The notes: generated by a model not told the origin, from the sequence alone. Shown: positions 25,743-35,933, counted from the first letter of the stretch. The stretch is 53,421 nt of DNA from an uncultured Flavobacteriales bacterium (GCA_964489175.1 CAZAYA010000003.1:1-53421); one strand, 5' to 3'. Program-made: numbers and translations.

Positions 25743-28706
25743 ATGTTTTCTCCCTGTCCATCCAATAAAACTTTTCCCCCTTTCCCCCGCAGTGTTATTA
25801 TCCTCTTTCTCCTCCTCTGTACCAACCTGAATGCTCAAACAGTGGTATTGGGGGATTCTTCCAATACAAACACCTCTTTCACGGGCTATCCCTGCCCTTA
25901 TGGTGCTTTCTACGAAGGTGCCAAACACCAATTTCTGATCAAAGCTTCGGAACTGACCTCTCGGGGATTGATATCGGGGGATGTGGAAAAATTGGGATTC
26001 AAAGTGGCCGACATGGCCGGGATCGACCTTCAGAATTTCACGATCAAAATGAAGAACGTGTCCCAGAATTCTTTGTCATCCTCCTTTCAAACAGGGCTCA
26101 CGACCGTTTTCGGGCCCGTTACCTATACCGACCAGGCGGACTGGAACATCCATACCCTTTCCACGCCTTTTCAATGGGACGGGAGTTCCAACCTCCTGAT
26201 CGAAACTTGTTTCCAAAACCAATGGGGGAATTACAATCCCGAAATGTACATGAACACGACCGGGTTCACCAGTACAGCCTATTACACGGATGACCAAAAC
26301 TCAGTCTGCCCGGTCACCACAGGGGCTACCCAAAGCTCCCAACGCCCGACCCTTAAACTAACCATCGACCCCGGGGATGTTCCACCATCCGCCGATTTCA
26401 CCTCCAACACCACTCATACCTGCACCGGAGAGGTCATTTTCACGGATGAGAGCCTGCGCAACCCTACCGGCTGGACGTGGAAATTCGGAGACGGAAATAC
26501 CAGCAATCAGCAAAACCCCACCCATAATTATGCAACAGATGGCACCTATACCGTCACCCTGATCGCTTCGAATTCCTTTGGCAAGGATACGGTCGTGAAA
26601 CAGGACCTGATCACGGTCAGTACAGGGAACTCCCCCAAAGCGGCTAATTGCAGTCCTACTACCCAAAATTCCCAACCCGGCTTCGGCGTTCAGGAATTCC
26701 ATTTCAACAATATCCACCATGTTTCCCAGGATGCCGCCAGCGAAGGTTGTATCGACTTTACCTGTATCCAGACCAATGTCTATGAGGGACAGACCTACAC
26801 AATGACCATTGTTACGGACACTCCCACGACCCACGATACACGGGCCTGGATAGATTATAACAACGACGGAACTTTCAGCGATCCCGCGGAAAGAGTGGTG
26901 GATGCGACCAGCCAATTGCAAGTCCAGCAGGATGTCACTATCCCTGGAAATGCTGTCCTGAACACCCCGCTCCGTTGCCGGGTGTCCACGGACTACGATA
27001 CGGGGACCCCCACTCCCACTCCTTGTTCCGACCCCCAATATGGCCAGACCGAGGATTATACGGTCATCATCCAACCCAATACTTTCCCTCCCGAAGCGGA
27101 ATTCAGCGTAAGCGATACGCTAACGTGTGATGGCCAGGTGCAATTCACCGATGAATCCGCTAATGTCCCGGACACCTGGGCCTGGGATTTCGGGGATGGA
27201 AACGGGAGTGCTTCCCAACACCCTTCTCATACCTATACTTCCAGCGGTACATATACCGTTACACTCACCGTATATAAAGGTGCTAACAGCGATGACACTA
27301 CTTATCAGGATCTTGTCAAGGTCGACCTTGATGGCGCTCCTAAAACCCCCTCTTGTACCCCCAATACCCTCAGTTATTGCTGTGATTACGGGATCTATCG
27401 GGTCACCCTGAACGACCTGGACGCTTCTACCGGAAGTGCTTCCGAAGGCTACACGGACCTGAGCTGTACCCACGGGGCTACGGTAACTGCAGGGAACAGC
27501 TACACCCTGACCGTCAAGACCGGCCCAAGCAATCCTCAGGATACCAAAGTCTGGCTCGACCTGGATAGCAACGGCGTTTTCGATGATCCCGGAGAGCTCC
27601 TGTTCGAAGCCTATAATACTTCGAACCCCTCCGGCCAGGTTACTATTCCTGCTTCTGCTGACACGAATACCCCCCTCCGCATGCGTGTGATATCGGATGA
27701 GGTCGGAGCCACGCTGACCCCCTGCAATGACCCGAAGCGAGGACAGGCTGAAGATTACAAAGTAATAGTGGAACCTGAGACTCCGGCTCCTACGGCTGAC
27801 TTCAAAGCAACACCAACCACTACCTGCGATGGGGAGGTCCAATTCACCGACCTTTCCTCCGACAACCCGACCAGCTGGGACTGGGATTTCGGGGATGGGA
27901 ATTCCAGTCCGGACCAAAACCCTACCCACACCTATACCCAGGACGGAATTTACTCGGTCACTCTGACCGCTCAGAACAACCACGGAAGCGATACACGAAC
28001 CAAGAACAGTTACATCACTGTGGATAAACATGCTTATTGCGACACCGTTCAAATGCCGACATCGGGCACTAAGGCCACGCGAACCATTTGTTCCGGAGTG
28101 GTCAGCGATGATGGAGGCCCTAATGCGAATTACAGCACCAATACCAATGGCGTTATTACCATCGCTCCCTCAGGGGCCAACAACGTTAGCCTGAACTTTA
28201 CCTCCTTCTTTTTCAATACCAACGGGGACCATCTGGCCATCTATGATGGCAACAGTACAAGTGCTCCCCTCCTCGGAAAATATTCCGGTAATACATCACC
28301 GGGAGGAGGAACTATCACAGCCTCCGGAAGTGCCCTTACCCTCGAACAGGTATCCAACAATCAGGCATCAGGTTCCGGTTTCGTGGCCAAATGGGATTGT
28401 ACGATGGGGCCGACTTCCCTACCAGACAATGTTAACAAGGAGAAAACACCAGCCTTCAAAGTGTTCCCCAATCCGGCCCGGGAACAACTGACCATTCGTT
28501 ACCAACCTCTCCAGGAACACCAAGGAACCCAATGGATCACGATCCGGGACATGCTCGGAAAGGTCGTCGATCGTTACCCGGTCCTTTCCAAAAGTTATTT
28601 TGAACGAACCATTAACACCACAGCACTTGAAGAAGGCATGTATTCGGTCCGGATCAACGGACAACAAGAACATGCTGCGGAAACGATCATGATCGTTCAT
28701 CCATGA
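25743..28706 (+). CDS. T9SS cargo: PKD/GEVED/CUB multidomain protein with a type-A (Por_Secre_tail) C-terminal sorting domain
   Basis: 987 aa with a signal peptide. There are three PKD repeats (F.D.S....W.W.FGDGN.S....P.H.Y...G.Y.V.L), two GEVED-like modules ending GQTEDYTVII and GQAEDYKVIV, and a CUB-like module (C..VVSDDGG...ITIAPSG...L.F.SF....GDHLAIYDG.S..APLLGKYSG...GFVAKWDC). The last ~80 aa (FKVFPNPAREQLTIRY...GMYSVRINGQ...IMIVHP) form the type-A CTD. Confidence 0.93.
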   Translation: MFSPCPSNKTFPPFPRSVIILFLLLCTNLNAQTVVLGDSSNTNTSFTGYPCPYGAFYEGAKHQFLIKASELTSRGLISGDVEKLGFKVADMAGIDLQNFTIKMKNVSQNSLSSSFQTGLTTVFGPVTYTDQADWNIHTLSTPFQWDGSSNLLIETCFQNQWGNYNPEMYMNTTGFTSTAYYTDDQNSVCPVTTGATQSSQRPTLKLTIDPGDVPPSADFTSNTTHTCTGEVIFTDESLRNPTGWTWKFGDGNTSNQQNPTHNYATDGTYTVTLIASNSFGKDTVVKQDLITVSTGNSPKAANCSPTTQNSQPGFGVQEFHFNNIHHVSQDAASEGCIDFTCIQTNVYEGQTYTMTIVTDTPTTHDTRAWIDYNNDGTFSDPAERVVDATSQLQVQQDVTIPGNAVLNTPLRCRVSTDYDTGTPTPTPCSDPQYGQTEDYTVIIQPNTFPPEAEFSVSDTLTCDGQVQFTDESANVPDTWAWDFGDGNGSASQHPSHTYTSSGTYTVTLTVYKGANSDDTTYQDLVKVDLDGAPKTPSCTPNTLSYCCDYGIYRVTLNDLDASTGSASEGYTDLSCTHGATVTAGNSYTLTVKTGPSNPQDTKVWLDLDSNGVFDDPGELLFEAYNTSNPSGQVTIPASADTNTPLRMRVISDEVGATLTPCNDPKRGQAEDYKVIVEPETPAPTADFKATPTTTCDGEVQFTDLSSDNPTSWDWDFGDGNSSPDQNPTHTYTQDGIYSVTLTAQNNHGSDTRTKNSYITVDKHAYCDTVQMPTSGTKATRTICSGVVSDDGGPNANYSTNTNGVITIAPSGANNVSLNFTSFFFNTNGDHLAIYDGNSTSAPLLGKYSGNTSPGGGTITASGSALTLEQVSNNQASGSGFVAKWDCTMGPTSLPDNVNKEKTPAFKVFPNPAREQLTIRYQPLQEHQGTQWITIRDMLGKVVDRYPVLSKSYFERTINTTALEEGMYSVRINGQQEHAAETIMIVHP
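26382..28025 (+). repeat. Internal module duplication (PKD+GEVED, PKD+GEVED, PKD) within the 987-aa gene
   Basis: By my residue counting, the PKD units are at about aa 214-293, 449-528 and 683-761, and the GEVED-like units at about aa 300-445 and 535-677. The period is about 235 aa. Confidence 0.75.
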
Positions 28707-31700
28707 GCCGTATTGCTCACCTTCTTATCCTGATCACTATAACCGGGGGGGCTTGCATTCCTTTTTTTTCCTGGTCTACTCACCTCGTGGGTGGGAACAT
28801 ATCCTATGAATACCTTGGAGATACCGACGGAGATGGAGATCACAATTATGCGATCAATTTCAGGACCTACCTGGATTGTAATTCTCAGTTCTGGGGAACC
28901 AGTTTTCCTGAACCCTCTCTTCAGGTAGGAGTCTATGAAGGTCCTGCTCAGCCCAGTGGAAGCATTCCAAGGGTAACGACCATCAACATGCCGCTGGTCG
29001 ACTCCACGGATATCAATCCAGAGATCAGCAGTGATTGCGGGATCTCCGTGACCGCCTGCTATTACCGGGCCACCTACATCGACACCATAGACCTTCCCGT
29101 CACCTTTTCAGGGTACCACCTTTTTTACGACCGCTGCTGCAGGAACAACAGCATTGTGAACCTCAACAACCCCGGATCACAGGGAATGGTCTTCAATGCC
29201 TACATCGGCCCTACCCTGACCCAGAACAGCTCCCCCGTATTCTCCGATGTTCCCGTCCCTTCCATTTGTGTCGATGATACTGCTAGCATTCTGAACACAG
29301 CAGTAGACCCGGACGGGGACTTATTGGTCTTCTCCTTTGTAGACCCTTTTCGTGGATACAGCTCTTCTGCTCAACCAGCCCCACCACTTCCCAATAATTT
29401 GAATTTTCCCATTCCCACGGTCAACTGGGCGACCAATTACAACAAGAACCAACCCTTCGGACCTTCTGGCCATTCCTACATCAATGGCTCCACCGGCTAT
29501 ACCGAATACATGTCCCCCAACCTGGGGCCCCATGTCGTGGCCATCGAGATCAAGGAATACCGGAACGGCTCCCTGATCGGAACCACCCGAAGGGACCTGC
29601 AGATCGTGGTGACGAATTGCCCGGACAATCCTCCCCCTAATCTTTCCACGGTTAACGGAAGCGGACAAAAGCAATACACCATCGAGGAGGGGGATTCCCT
29701 TTGCTTCCCCATCGACTTTTATGATCCCAATGGGGACAGTACGGACCTTGTAATCGACGGGTCAGTCTTCGACAGCAACATGGTCGACCCTCCTGCAACA
29801 GCGGATTCCCTTGTCATCGGGGACGATTCGGTATCCACCGAATTCTGCTGGAATACCAGTTGCGGACAGGCCCAGGCATTGCCCTACCTCTTCACCGCTT
29901 CTGCCACGGACAAAGGATGTCCTCCCAAGACCACCAACACCGTTTATGAGATCAGCGTTACTCCCCCGACCTCTCCTGAGATCATAGGCCCCATGGAACT
30001 GTGCGAGGGATCCAGCGGCATTCTATACCACACCGATACCATCCATGAAGGCACCTTCAACTGGAGTGCTTCAGGCGGAACGATCGTATCGGGCGGGAAC
30101 AACGATTCCGTTACGGTGGACTGGAACACCTCAGCAGGATCCAAGACCCTGACCCTGTCTTATAACAATGTGCATGGCTGTCCGGCACCGGACCGGGATA
30201 CGACCATCACGATCATCAACCAGCCATTCAGCAATACCATTGCAGATACATCCATTTGTTGGGGAGATACGATCTCCATGGGGGGTGATCCTTCCGGTCC
30301 TGTGGGATCTTCGTTCAATTGGACCCCGTCGGGTTCGTTGAGCGACCCCACTGCCGAAGACCCTGATGCTTTCCCGACCAGCTCTACCGAGTACATCCTG
30401 ACCGTCACCAACCCCAGCGGCTGTTCTTCTCAGGACACGGTGAATGTTACTGTGGGATCAGCGGGTGCGGATGCCGGCCCGGATACCTCGATGTGTGAAG
30501 GCGACACCCTTCAACTGCAAGCCTCTGGCGGGGGCACTTATGCATGGGGGCCTTCGGACAGCCTGAGCGACACCACCATCGCTGATCCTCAAGCATACCC
30601 TGACACCACTACGGTCTACTATGTAGAAATTACGGATGGAAGCGGCTGCACGGCGGTCGATTCCCTGACCCTGACCGTCCATCCTGTTCCGGAGGCGAAC
30701 GCCGGCCCCGATACAAGCCTCTGTGCTGGAGACTCATTATCCATCGGAGGAAGCCCTACCGGTCCGGCAGGGAGCTCCTTTGCCTGGTCCCCGGCTTCCA
30801 GCCTGAGCGATACGACCCTCGCCAACCCAACAGCCTCCCCCGCTTCAGATACGACCTACCATGTATGGGTCATCACCGGGCAAGGCTGTGCGAACCAGGA
30901 CAGTACCTCCCTAACCGTTCACCCTGTTCCCACAGCGGATGCAGGAAATGACACCAGCCTCTGCCAGGGGGATTCGGTTCAACTACAAGGCTCAGGTGGG
31001 GGCATTTACGCCTGGGAGCCTTCGAAATCGCTGAATGACACTACCCTAAGCGACCCATGGGCCACCCCTTCCGATACCACCCGCTATTACCTGACGATCA
31101 CAACCCCTAACAACTGTATGGACAGGGACAGCATCGATGTGATCGCGAACCCTCTTCCCATTGCTGATACCGGGCCGGATCGCTGGGTATGTCCCGGTGA
31201 TTCCTCTCAACTACAAGCTTCCGGAGGAAGCAGTTATGCCTGGTCTCCTTCATCCGGACTAAGCGACACTTCTATTAGCGATCCCTGGGCCAAACCTGCG
31301 GACACGACCAAGTATACCGTCCAGGTTATCGATACCAACAATTGTTCCGCCACTGATTCCTTGATCGTGGCCATAGGAGATGAAGTTCCCACGGAAGCGG
31401 GTCCGGATACGACCCTTTGCGAAGGGGATTCCGTCACTCTGGGTGGCACCCCCACTTCCCCGGTCGGTAGCAGTTACAACTGGTGGCCGTCTGCCTCCCT
31501 GGATGATGCTTCTTCAGCAAATCCCCGGGCAGCCCCTTCCGATACCACCACCTTCTATGTGATGGCCACCAACGATACGTGTACCCATCTCGATTCGGTA
31601 ACGGTAAACGTGGTTCCCTCTCCTGCCACCGATGTGGGAAATGATACCGCCTTCTGCACCGGGGATTCGGTCCGGTTACAGGCCTCCGGCGGCACTTCTT

Positions 31701-33505
31701 ACGCCTGGAGTCCCTCTGTTGGACTGAACGATACCAGCGTCGCCAACCCCTGGGCCTCCCCCAAAGACACCACCCAATACAACGTTCAGGTAACCGATGC
31801 TTTCGGATGTCAGGCTTCGGATTCCTTAAAGGTGATCGTCAACCCGCTTCCCACAGCTAATGCCAGCCCTGATACGGCCATCTGTTCAGGAGATTCCGTG
31901 CAGCTCCAGGGGACCGGAGGCATTGGATTCACATGGACCCCCAACGCAGGACTGAGCAACACTTCCACCAGCAACCCCTGGGCAAGCCCCTCCGACACCA
32001 CGAGCTACCGTTTGGTGGTAACAGATACCAACGGGTGTCAGCATCATGATTCCGTCCGGGTCGTTGTAGACCCGTTACCAGTAGCAAGTGCCGGCCAGGA
32101 CACTTCCGTTTGCCAACAAGATTCTGTACAGTTAGAAGCCACAGGAGGATCGGTTTACGCCTGGACCCCAAGTACAGGGTTGAGCGACACGTCTGTCAGC
32201 GATCCCTGGGCTGCCCCCTCCGACACCACTGAGTATTTTGTTCGGGTGACCGACACCAACCAATGCATGGCCCGGGATTCTATGATCCTCTCTCCTTACC
32301 CAGCTCCACCTGCTGATGCCGGTAATGATACCAGTATATGCGCTGGAGATTCCGTTCTTCTGAATGCTACCGGTGGTGTTAGCTACACCTGGTCTCCCCA
32401 GGGCCCCCTGACCTCTCCCAACACATCATCCACCTGGGCCAGCCCAACCGATACCGCGTTTTTCAAAGTCATTGTAGAAGATGGACAAGAATGCATCGGT
32501 AAGGATTCAGTGCAGGTGATCGTCGACCCTTTACCCACGGTCAGTATTGCAGGAGATGCCCATATCTGCCGTGATGACACGGCGCAACTGACCGCCTCCG
32601 GTGCCGCTTCCTATTCCTGGTCACCCGGGGTCTTTTTGAGCAACCCCAGCCAGGCGAATACCGATGCTTACCCTACGAACGATCTGAGCTATACCGTTAC
32701 CGGAACGGATTCGAACAACTGTCGGTCCAGTACTTCAATATTGGTCGATGTTTTCCGTGTAGAAGCCGGACCGGATACCAACTTGTGCGAGAACCAACAA
32801 CTTCAGCTCTACACTCAAGCCAATGGAGCAGCTACCTATCAATGGATCCCGACCACCGGACTGAGCGACACCACCCTTTCCTCCCCTTGGGCAGCCCCCG
32901 ATCAACCCACGACCTATCAAGTGATCGTTACGGACACGTCCGGGTGCCAGGATTCAGCCACAGCCAGCATCAACACCCAGGAAGCCCCGAATACATCCAT
33001 CACCTCTTCCCAGGAAAGCATCCGGTGCGACGGACTGGAAATGAGCCTCTCTCCCTCTCCGATGAACGGAGATGAAACCTATTTCTGGAACCTGGGTGAG
33101 GATACAGTCCAAGCTGATAAGACCGAGCATTCGATCGGCTACAACAGCCAGGAGGAGATATCCCTGATCACCGAGAACGAGAACGGATGCCTGGATACTG
33201 CCACCCTTACCCTTTCTGCCGGAAGTTTTGAAGACTATTATGATGTAACGATCCCCAACGTCTTCACGCCCAACGGTGATGATATGAACGATGTTTTCAC
33301 CGTGCAGACCAGCGGTGAATACACCAACTGCACCGACCTCAAGATCTACAACCGATGGGGACAATTGCTCTTCGTATCGACCGGTAACAACACCACCTGG
33401 AGCGGCCGAAATTCAGCAGGTATGAGGGCTCCGGAGGGTACTTACATCTATACCCTTGTGATCAAGGGCAAGACTTACAAAGGCACCATCACGCTTCTGG
33501 AGTGA
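28703..33505 (+). CDS. T9SS cargo: giant repeat adhesin-like protein with a type-B (gliding motility-associated, CHU_C/TIGR04131-type) C-terminal domain
   Basis: 1600 aa, with an ATG overlapping the upstream stop (ATGA). It has an N-terminal signal plus the THLVGGNISYEY start typical of this class, and 12 tandem repeats of about 76 aa. The last ~90 aa are IPNVFTPNGDDMNDVFTV...IYNRWGQLLF...W.GRN..G...PEGTYIYTL...GTITLLE. Confidence 0.95.
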   Translation: MSRIAHLLILITITGGACIPFFSWSTHLVGGNISYEYLGDTDGDGDHNYAINFRTYLDCNSQFWGTSFPEPSLQVGVYEGPAQPSGSIPRVTTINMPLVDSTDINPEISSDCGISVTACYYRATYIDTIDLPVTFSGYHLFYDRCCRNNSIVNLNNPGSQGMVFNAYIGPTLTQNSSPVFSDVPVPSICVDDTASILNTAVDPDGDLLVFSFVDPFRGYSSSAQPAPPLPNNLNFPIPTVNWATNYNKNQPFGPSGHSYINGSTGYTEYMSPNLGPHVVAIEIKEYRNGSLIGTTRRDLQIVVTNCPDNPPPNLSTVNGSGQKQYTIEEGDSLCFPIDFYDPNGDSTDLVIDGSVFDSNMVDPPATADSLVIGDDSVSTEFCWNTSCGQAQALPYLFTASATDKGCPPKTTNTVYEISVTPPTSPEIIGPMELCEGSSGILYHTDTIHEGTFNWSASGGTIVSGGNNDSVTVDWNTSAGSKTLTLSYNNVHGCPAPDRDTTITIINQPFSNTIADTSICWGDTISMGGDPSGPVGSSFNWTPSGSLSDPTAEDPDAFPTSSTEYILTVTNPSGCSSQDTVNVTVGSAGADAGPDTSMCEGDTLQLQASGGGTYAWGPSDSLSDTTIADPQAYPDTTTVYYVEITDGSGCTAVDSLTLTVHPVPEANAGPDTSLCAGDSLSIGGSPTGPAGSSFAWSPASSLSDTTLANPTASPASDTTYHVWVITGQGCANQDSTSLTVHPVPTADAGNDTSLCQGDSVQLQGSGGGIYAWEPSKSLNDTTLSDPWATPSDTTRYYLTITTPNNCMDRDSIDVIANPLPIADTGPDRWVCPGDSSQLQASGGSSYAWSPSSGLSDTSISDPWAKPADTTKYTVQVIDTNNCSATDSLIVAIGDEVPTEAGPDTTLCEGDSVTLGGTPTSPVGSSYNWWPSASLDDASSANPRAAPSDTTTFYVMATNDTCTHLDSVTVNVVPSPATDVGNDTAFCTGDSVRLQASGGTSYAWSPSVGLNDTSVANPWASPKDTTQYNVQVTDAFGCQASDSLKVIVNPLPTANASPDTAICSGDSVQLQGTGGIGFTWTPNAGLSNTSTSNPWASPSDTTSYRLVVTDTNGCQHHDSVRVVVDPLPVASAGQDTSVCQQDSVQLEATGGSVYAWTPSTGLSDTSVSDPWAAPSDTTEYFVRVTDTNQCMARDSMILSPYPAPPADAGNDTSICAGDSVLLNATGGVSYTWSPQGPLTSPNTSSTWASPTDTAFFKVIVEDGQECIGKDSVQVIVDPLPTVSIAGDAHICRDDTAQLTASGAASYSWSPGVFLSNPSQANTDAYPTNDLSYTVTGTDSNNCRSSTSILVDVFRVEAGPDTNLCENQQLQLYTQANGAATYQWIPTTGLSDTTLSSPWAAPDQPTTYQVIVTDTSGCQDSATASINTQEAPNTSITSSQESIRCDGLEMSLSPSPMNGDETYFWNLGEDTVQADKTEHSIGYNSQEEISLITENENGCLDTATLTLSAGSFEDYYDVTIPNVFTPNGDDMNDVFTVQTSGEYTNCTDLKIYNRWGQLLFVSTGNNTTWSGRNSAGMRAPEGTYIYTLVIKGKTYKGTITLLE
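30233..32977 (+). repeat. 12 diverged tandem coding repeats (219-240 nt each) inside the 1600-aa gene
   Basis: The first Cys of each unit (..DTS.C.GDS..L.A.GG..Y.W.P...LSD....PWA.P.DTT.Y.V.V.D..GC...DS..V.V.P.P) falls at aa 519, 598, 674, 754, 830, 906, 985, 1061, 1137, 1213, 1289 and 1362. A second Cys follows 51-55 residues later in every unit. Confidence 0.9.
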
Positions 33506-33564
33506 TCCTTCACCTTTAACGTGAAATTTCCTTCTTTTGCAGGTTCGACCCTATCCCGACAATT

Positions 33565-34818
33565 ATGGAACCTTTCTTTACCAATGATGCGATCGTTCTG
33601 GGATTGCTGATCCTCGTACTCGCTTTTGTTTTCAAGACCTCGGGAAGTTCCCATTCTTTTTGGAAGACCTTTTACCGGTACGTCCCTCCCTTGTTGTTGT
33701 GTTATTTCCTTCCTGCTCTTTTGAACTGGCCACTGGGATTGATATCCGGGGACTCCTCCCAACTTTATTTCGTGGCATCGCGTTTCCTTCTCCCTGCCAG
33801 TTTGGTGCTGCTTTGCCTGAGCATCGACCTGAAAGGGATCCTCAACCTAGGACCGAAAATGCTCATCATGTTCCTGACCGCCACGTTCAGCATCATCCTG
33901 GGGGGGGCTATCGCCATATGGGCGGTGAGTCTGTTCGCTCCCGAGATCATCGGGGGAACAGGGCCGGACGAAATCTGGCGGGGATTATCCACGGTCGCCG
34001 GCAGCTGGATCGGTGGAGGAGCCAATCAAGCCGCAATGAAAGAGATCTATGAAGTCGGCGATGACCTGTTCGCCTCGATGATCATCGTGGATGTGGTGGT
34101 CGCCAATATCTGGATGGGCTTTTTGCTCTATGGAACAGGCATTGCGGAAAAACTGGACCGGAAATTGAAAGCCGACTCCTCTGCCATTGAGGACCTTAAG
34201 AAAAGGATCGAAGATCACCGGGCCAGCATCTCCCGGATACCTGGTTTTGCAGATACGATGACCGTTCTTGCGGTAGGATTCGGAGCCACGGCTATCGCCC
34301 ACTGGGGGTCTGATGTGATCGCCCCTTTCATGGAGGCCCGCAAAGCCACCCTCATGGAATTCAACCTTACTTCCCTGACTTCTCCATTCTTCTGGTTGAT
34401 CGTGGGGGCTACCACTATCGGACTGATCCTATCCTTTACAAAAGGCCGGCAACTGGAAGGGGTCGGGGCTTCCCGGATGGGAAGCGTCTTCCTTTACATC
34501 CTGGTCGCCACCATCGGTATGAAAATGAACCTGAAAGAAGTACTGGACAACCTAGGACTCTTCGCCATCGGTATCATCTGGATGGCTTTTCATGTCACCA
34601 TACTACTGCTGGTGGCCAAACTGATCAGGGCTCCCTTCTTTTTCGTAGCAGTAGGAAGCCAGGCCAATATCGGCGGAGCCGCCTCTGCTCCGATCGTAGC
34701 TTCAGCCTTCAGCCCAGCCCTCGCCCCCGTAGGGGTGTTGATAGCGGTTCTCGGCTATGCCCTGGGGACTTACGGTGCGATCATCTGTGCCCAGCTGATG
34801 CAATGGATGGCCGGCTAA
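33565..34818 (+). CDS. DUF819-like polytopic membrane protein
   Basis: 417 aa with about 11-12 TM segments. The internal WIGGGANQAAM and C-terminal GSQANIGGAASAPIVA repeats suggest an inverted-repeat transporter fold. The DUF819 label is from memory. Confidence 0.7.
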   Translation: MEPFFTNDAIVLGLLILVLAFVFKTSGSSHSFWKTFYRYVPPLLLCYFLPALLNWPLGLISGDSSQLYFVASRFLLPASLVLLCLSIDLKGILNLGPKMLIMFLTATFSIILGGAIAIWAVSLFAPEIIGGTGPDEIWRGLSTVAGSWIGGGANQAAMKEIYEVGDDLFASMIIVDVVVANIWMGFLLYGTGIAEKLDRKLKADSSAIEDLKKRIEDHRASISRIPGFADTMTVLAVGFGATAIAHWGSDVIAPFMEARKATLMEFNLTSLTSPFFWLIVGATTIGLILSFTKGRQLEGVGASRMGSVFLYILVATIGMKMNLKEVLDNLGLFAIGIIWMAFHVTILLLVAKLIRAPFFFVAVGSQANIGGAASAPIVASAFSPALAPVGVLIAVLGYALGTYGAIICAQLMQWMAG

Positions 34819-34820
34819 GG

Positions 34821-35909
34821 TCAGCTCAAATACCGCAGATCATGCCCGTGTTCAATGGCAAGCAGAGCATGGTAATACCACCGTATCAGGTTCTCCACAT
34901 CATCCCGGTGAACAGTCTCAACGGTCGTATGCATATAACGCAGCGGCAAAGCCAATAAAGCCGAGGGAACGCCCCCGGTAGAGTAGGCAAAAGCATCCGT
35001 ATCGGTACCGGTAGCCCGGGAAGCTGCCCGCCGCTGGAAGGGTATCTTATTCTCTTCAGCCACCCGGACCATAAGGTCGAGCAACTTGTTCTGAACAGCC
35101 GGAGCATAAGTGATGACCGGGCCATCCCCGCATCCCATGTCCCCCTGTTTCGTTTTGTCCACCATAGGGGTCCGGGTATCATGGCAAACATCGTTCACGA
35201 TGGCAATGTCCGGGCGAATGGTCTCCGTGATCATGGTAGCTCCTTTGAGCCCTACCTCTTCCTGGACCGAATTGACCAGATAAAGGGAGAAAGGGAGTTC
35301 GCAATTGTTCTCCTTGAGCAAACGGGCTACTTCAGCGATCACAAAACCTCCTATGCGGTTGTCCACCGCACGACCTACCCAGTAGTCCCCGTTCATTACC
35401 ATGAACTCATCCGGATAAGTAAGCACCGTACCCACATGGATGCCGAGCTTTTCAACCTCGTCACGGGACCTGCACCCCACATCCACGAAGATGTTGTCAG
35501 CCTTGGGAGCTGTTTCATTTTCCTTATCGCGCATATGGATCGCCGGCCAGCCAAAAACGCCCTTTACCGGACCTTTTGCTGTATGAACGTTCACCCGCTT
35601 GGAAGGAGCGATCTGATGGTCAGACCCTCCGTTGCGCTTCACATAAAGGAATCCATCTTCGGTGATGTAATGTATCACCCAGGAGATCTCATCCGCATGC
35701 GCTTCGATCACAACCTTGAAACCTTTATCCGGACCGATCACGCCTACGGTCGTCCCATAATGGTCTACAAAATGTTCGTCGATGTACGGAGTGATCCGGT
35801 CCAGCCACATCTGTTGGCCAGCGGTTTCATAGCCAGTAGGAGCGGCATTGTTCAGATATTGCTCGAGGAAATTCAAGGCATCGCTCGTCAGCAGGGAGTT
35901 TTCGCTCAT
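34821..35909 (-). CDS. M42 family metallopeptidase (glutamyl aminopeptidase / cellulase-M-like)
   Basis: The 362-aa product starts at the ATG at 35909 (MSENSLLTSDALNFLEQYL...PTGYE). It has the metal-ligand contexts IEAHADEI, VDNRIGG, QEEVGLKGA and the C-terminal RYMHT. The 73 upstream codons in the ORF track have no support. Confidence 0.9.
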   Translation of the reverse strand: MSENSLLTSDALNFLEQYLNNAAPTGYETAGQQMWLDRITPYIDEHFVDHYGTTVGVIGPDKGFKVVIEAHADEISWVIHYITEDGFLYVKRNGGSDHQIAPSKRVNVHTAKGPVKGVFGWPAIHMRDKENETAPKADNIFVDVGCRSRDEVEKLGIHVGTVLTYPDEFMVMNGDYWVGRAVDNRIGGFVIAEVARLLKENNCELPFSLYLVNSVQEEVGLKGATMITETIRPDIAIVNDVCHDTRTPMVDKTKQGDMGCGDGPVITYAPAVQNKLLDLMVRVAEENKIPFQRRAASRATGTDTDAFAYSTGGVPSALLALPLRYMHTTVETVHRDDVENLIRWYYHALLAIEHGHDLRYLS

Positions 35910-35933
35910 AGTGCTCTTTGTTGGGTGGGAAGG

